Shown in pieces: positions 22,147 to 24,000 of a stretch of DNA of 24,000 nucleotides; within the stretch, counting starts at the first letter, position 1; each line of letters begins with the position of its first letter. Made by a program: the position numbers and the translations under genes. Below the pieces are notes generated by a model. It did not search any database and was not told where the DNA came from. It was given only the letters and a program-made list of their open reading frames with translations. The DNA is from Candidatus Colwellbacteria bacterium (GTDB lineage: Bacteria > Patescibacteriota > Minisyncoccia > UBA6257 > Colwellbacteraceae), in the NCBI GenBank assembly GCA_028718505.1, contig JAQULQ010000007.1:6353-30352 (forward strand), in the 5' to 3' direction.

Positions 22147-23070
22147 ATGATCATCGAATTTTCTAAGGAACTGGAGAAGCAAGACTTTTATGCTAACGGC
22201 AAAGAGTTGGCGAGTATAATGGGCCTAGATAAAGACGAAGCGGGCAAGAGGGTTTATGAATATCCAGACGATAAGAGGGTTCATGTAGCCACTCTCGAAA
22301 AGCCGGTTTTGGTAACTGATATATATAGAATTACGCAGCTCGAACCGACCCAAAGAGACACCGTCTTTAAACTCTTTGAATCATCGGTAAGGCACACTAT
22401 CTATGACGGGGTTAGCATTGATTTTGAACAGGAAAAATACCCAGGAGTCTGGGGTCCGAGTATAGACACCGTGGCTTTCTGTCTGGGATTAAGCCGACTG
22501 GATTTATCTAAAATTAAAAACGCCATTGAGATCGGTGCTGGTTCAGGATTCATCTCGAAATATTTACTTGAGAAATTACCTAACTTAAAAAGCATGGACT
22601 TAGTCGATTTGAATCAACGCGCGGAAGAATGCTGGAAGGACAATATCAACGATCCCCGAGCCCATTTTTACATAGAAGATGGCGCCCTATATATGGAGTC
22701 TCGCAAGACAGACCTTCTAATTTGTAATCCGCCCTATATCCCAAGACCGAGAAGTATTGACGACAATGCCTATGAGGGAATCGGATTAATGAGGTTTCTG
22801 ATCAGTGGAGCGAAGAAAACGCTCTCCGATTCCGGCATATTAGTGATTAACTATTCGAGTCTATCGGAGAAAGAGGCGATGGAAGCAATCAGCGAATCCG
22901 GAATGACGATGGAGACCTTGGTGAAGATGGAAGTGCCGCTGAAGGTCTGCAACGTTTTAAATAATAGTGAGTGGGTGAATTATCTACTTCAGCGAGGTAT
23001 GCAAAGTAAAAATCAGAACGGCTATCAATATTGGCATAACATTTTTATCGTTGCCCTGAGACGCACATAG
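22147..23070 (+). CDS. Class I SAM-dependent methyltransferase with NPPY motif (HemK/PrmC- or N6-adenine-MTase-like)
   Basis: IEIGAGSGFISKYLL (motif I) and LLICNPPYIP (motif IV), with a ~120-aa N-terminal extension. TATACT lies 6 nt upstream of the ATG. Confidence 0.7.
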   Translation: MIIEFSKELEKQDFYANGKELASIMGLDKDEAGKRVYEYPDDKRVHVATLEKPVLVTDIYRITQLEPTQRDTVFKLFESSVRHTIYDGVSIDFEQEKYPGVWGPSIDTVAFCLGLSRLDLSKIKNAIEIGAGSGFISKYLLEKLPNLKSMDLVDLNQRAEECWKDNINDPRAHFYIEDGALYMESRKTDLLICNPPYIPRPRSIDDNAYEGIGLMRFLISGAKKTLSDSGILVINYSSLSEKEAMEAISESGMTMETLVKMEVPLKVCNVLNNSEWVNYLLQRGMQSKNQNGYQYWHNIFIVALRRT

Positions 23071-23091
23071 AGCGGTTTAATAGAATTAGAA

Positions 23092-23126
23092 AAGAAAAAA
23101 CCCCGAAGTCTGGTGTGACTCCGGGG
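23092..23126 (-). terminator. Terminator between convergent genes (best oriented for the minus-strand flotillin gene)
   Basis: CCCCGAAGTC (23101-23110) pairs with GACTCCGGGG (23117-23126). The A-run at 23092-23100 reads as a U-run on the minus strand. Confidence 0.6.
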
Positions 23127-23203
23127 CCTCTGTGAACTTCAAAAGTACGACGGGAGAGGGGAGCGGCCACAGTTGTCTGCGACCGCTCCCCATCCCGGTT
23201 GGG

Positions 23204-24000
23204 TTACGCCTCCACCTCCTTGAGGGGGGCGTCAGTAGCGGGAGCTGGAGCGACCGGCGAGACGAGACTCGCCAGTGCTTCTCCCTTGGTCAGCCTGCGG
23301 GTCAGAGTGCTGAAAAGGGCATCTATAGATGACCCCTCAGCACCGACCTGCACATCCGGAGTGATCCGGACGTTTCCCTTGCCGACTTCGCCCATGACGG
23401 CGATGGCTGCAGTCGCTTCTGCACCCACGGCCTCCACTTGGGCCTTGTAAGCATCGGCCTGAGCCAGACCGATTGCTTTCGTGGCCGTAGCGTTGGCCAG
23501 ACCCTTGACCTCGATGACCTGAGCTTCGGCCGTACCAGTGGCGAGGGTGAAGGCTGCCTGCCCTCTGGCCTTGTTCTCCTGAGACTTGGCATCGTTGTCA
23601 GCAACAGTGACCCGAACCACCGAACGAGCCAGTTCCTCCTGCATCTCAGCGGTACCTCTGGTCGCCTCAAAAGCGACACGAGTCTGCTGAGCACGTTCCT
23701 TCTCTTGGAAGGTCGCCTGCTCCTGACGGGCAATCTCACGCTCCTGAAGGACTTTGACCAGTCCTTCCGGCAAAACCACATCCTGGATGTAGACGCCGCG
23801 CGTCTCCACCTGATACCCCGCGAGGTATTCTCGAATGTGCTTTTCCGCCGCTGCCTGCACTTGGTCTCGGGTCTCGATGAACTCGATGGCAGGCAATTTC
23901 TGCAGAGCATTGCGGAAGTAGTTGCCGACGGCGCTCTGCAGAACTTCGTTGACGAGCGCTTGCATCGTCCCGACCATGCTGATGACCTTAGGAGCCAAAG
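23204..24000 (-). CDS. SPFH/band-7 flotillin-like protein, 5'-truncated by window edge
   Basis: Translates YIQDVVLPEGLVKVLQEREIARQE followed by a long Ala/Glu/Gln-rich flotillin-type helical region. GC-rich, with the frame open to the window end. Confidence 0.8.
   Translation of the reverse strand, partial: LAPKVISMVGTMQALVNEVLQSAVGNYFRNALQKLPAIEFIETRDQVQAAAEKHIREYLAGYQVETRGVYIQDVVLPEGLVKVLQEREIARQEQATFQEKERAQQTRVAFEATRGTAEMQEELARSVVRVTVADNDAKSQENKARGQAAFTLATGTAEAQVIEVKGLANATATKAIGLAQADAYKAQVEAVGAEATAAIAVMGEVGKGNVRITPDVQVGAEGSSIDALFSTLTRRLTKGEALASLVSPVAPAPATDAPLKEVEA

Overview
Low-GC bacterial chromosome segment. My hand counts give 32% GC at 8221-8280 and 38% at 17521-17580. AT-rich genes lack Shine-Dalgarno (SD) sequences, and an ECF sigma factor sits next to a DUF5667-like protein. 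This fits a small-genome, CPR/Patescibacteria-like organism, but that assignment is inference only.

The left end is housekeeping: DHH phosphoesterase, RNase HI, RNase P RNA, a Cas4-like PD-(D/E)XK nuclease, a DUF360 membrane protein, a pgsA-like transferase and tRNA-Gln(CUG).

From the CCA end of the tRNA onward, the window is a chain of small unrelated modules. They include two SAM methyltransferases, NUDIX, a DUF925-type nucleotidyltransferase, YjjX-type NTPase, an ECF sigma module, an alpha/beta hydrolase, and a csoR-copA copper operon extended by cupredoxin, an FNR-like reductase and cytochrome b5. These modules are separated by a recurrent composite junction repeat: CCAGACCGGAGGGGTCAGC, then a CCATCT/CCAAGT hinge, then GTGCTAGACCGAG. 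I found at least 14 copies or variants.

Interspersed are ~60% GC orphan modules (63% at 9001-9060, 62% at 10261-10320). Each has its own TTGACA-type promoter, a long structured leader, a strong SD and its own terminator. This contrasts with the SD-less, apparently leaderless AT-rich genes.

The most concrete hidden element is a complete type III hammerhead ribozyme at 9467-9517, in the AT-rich spacer between two GC-rich modules.

No integrase, transposase, CRISPR array or rRNA is present. The right edge holds a 5'-truncated GC-rich flotillin/SPFH gene.
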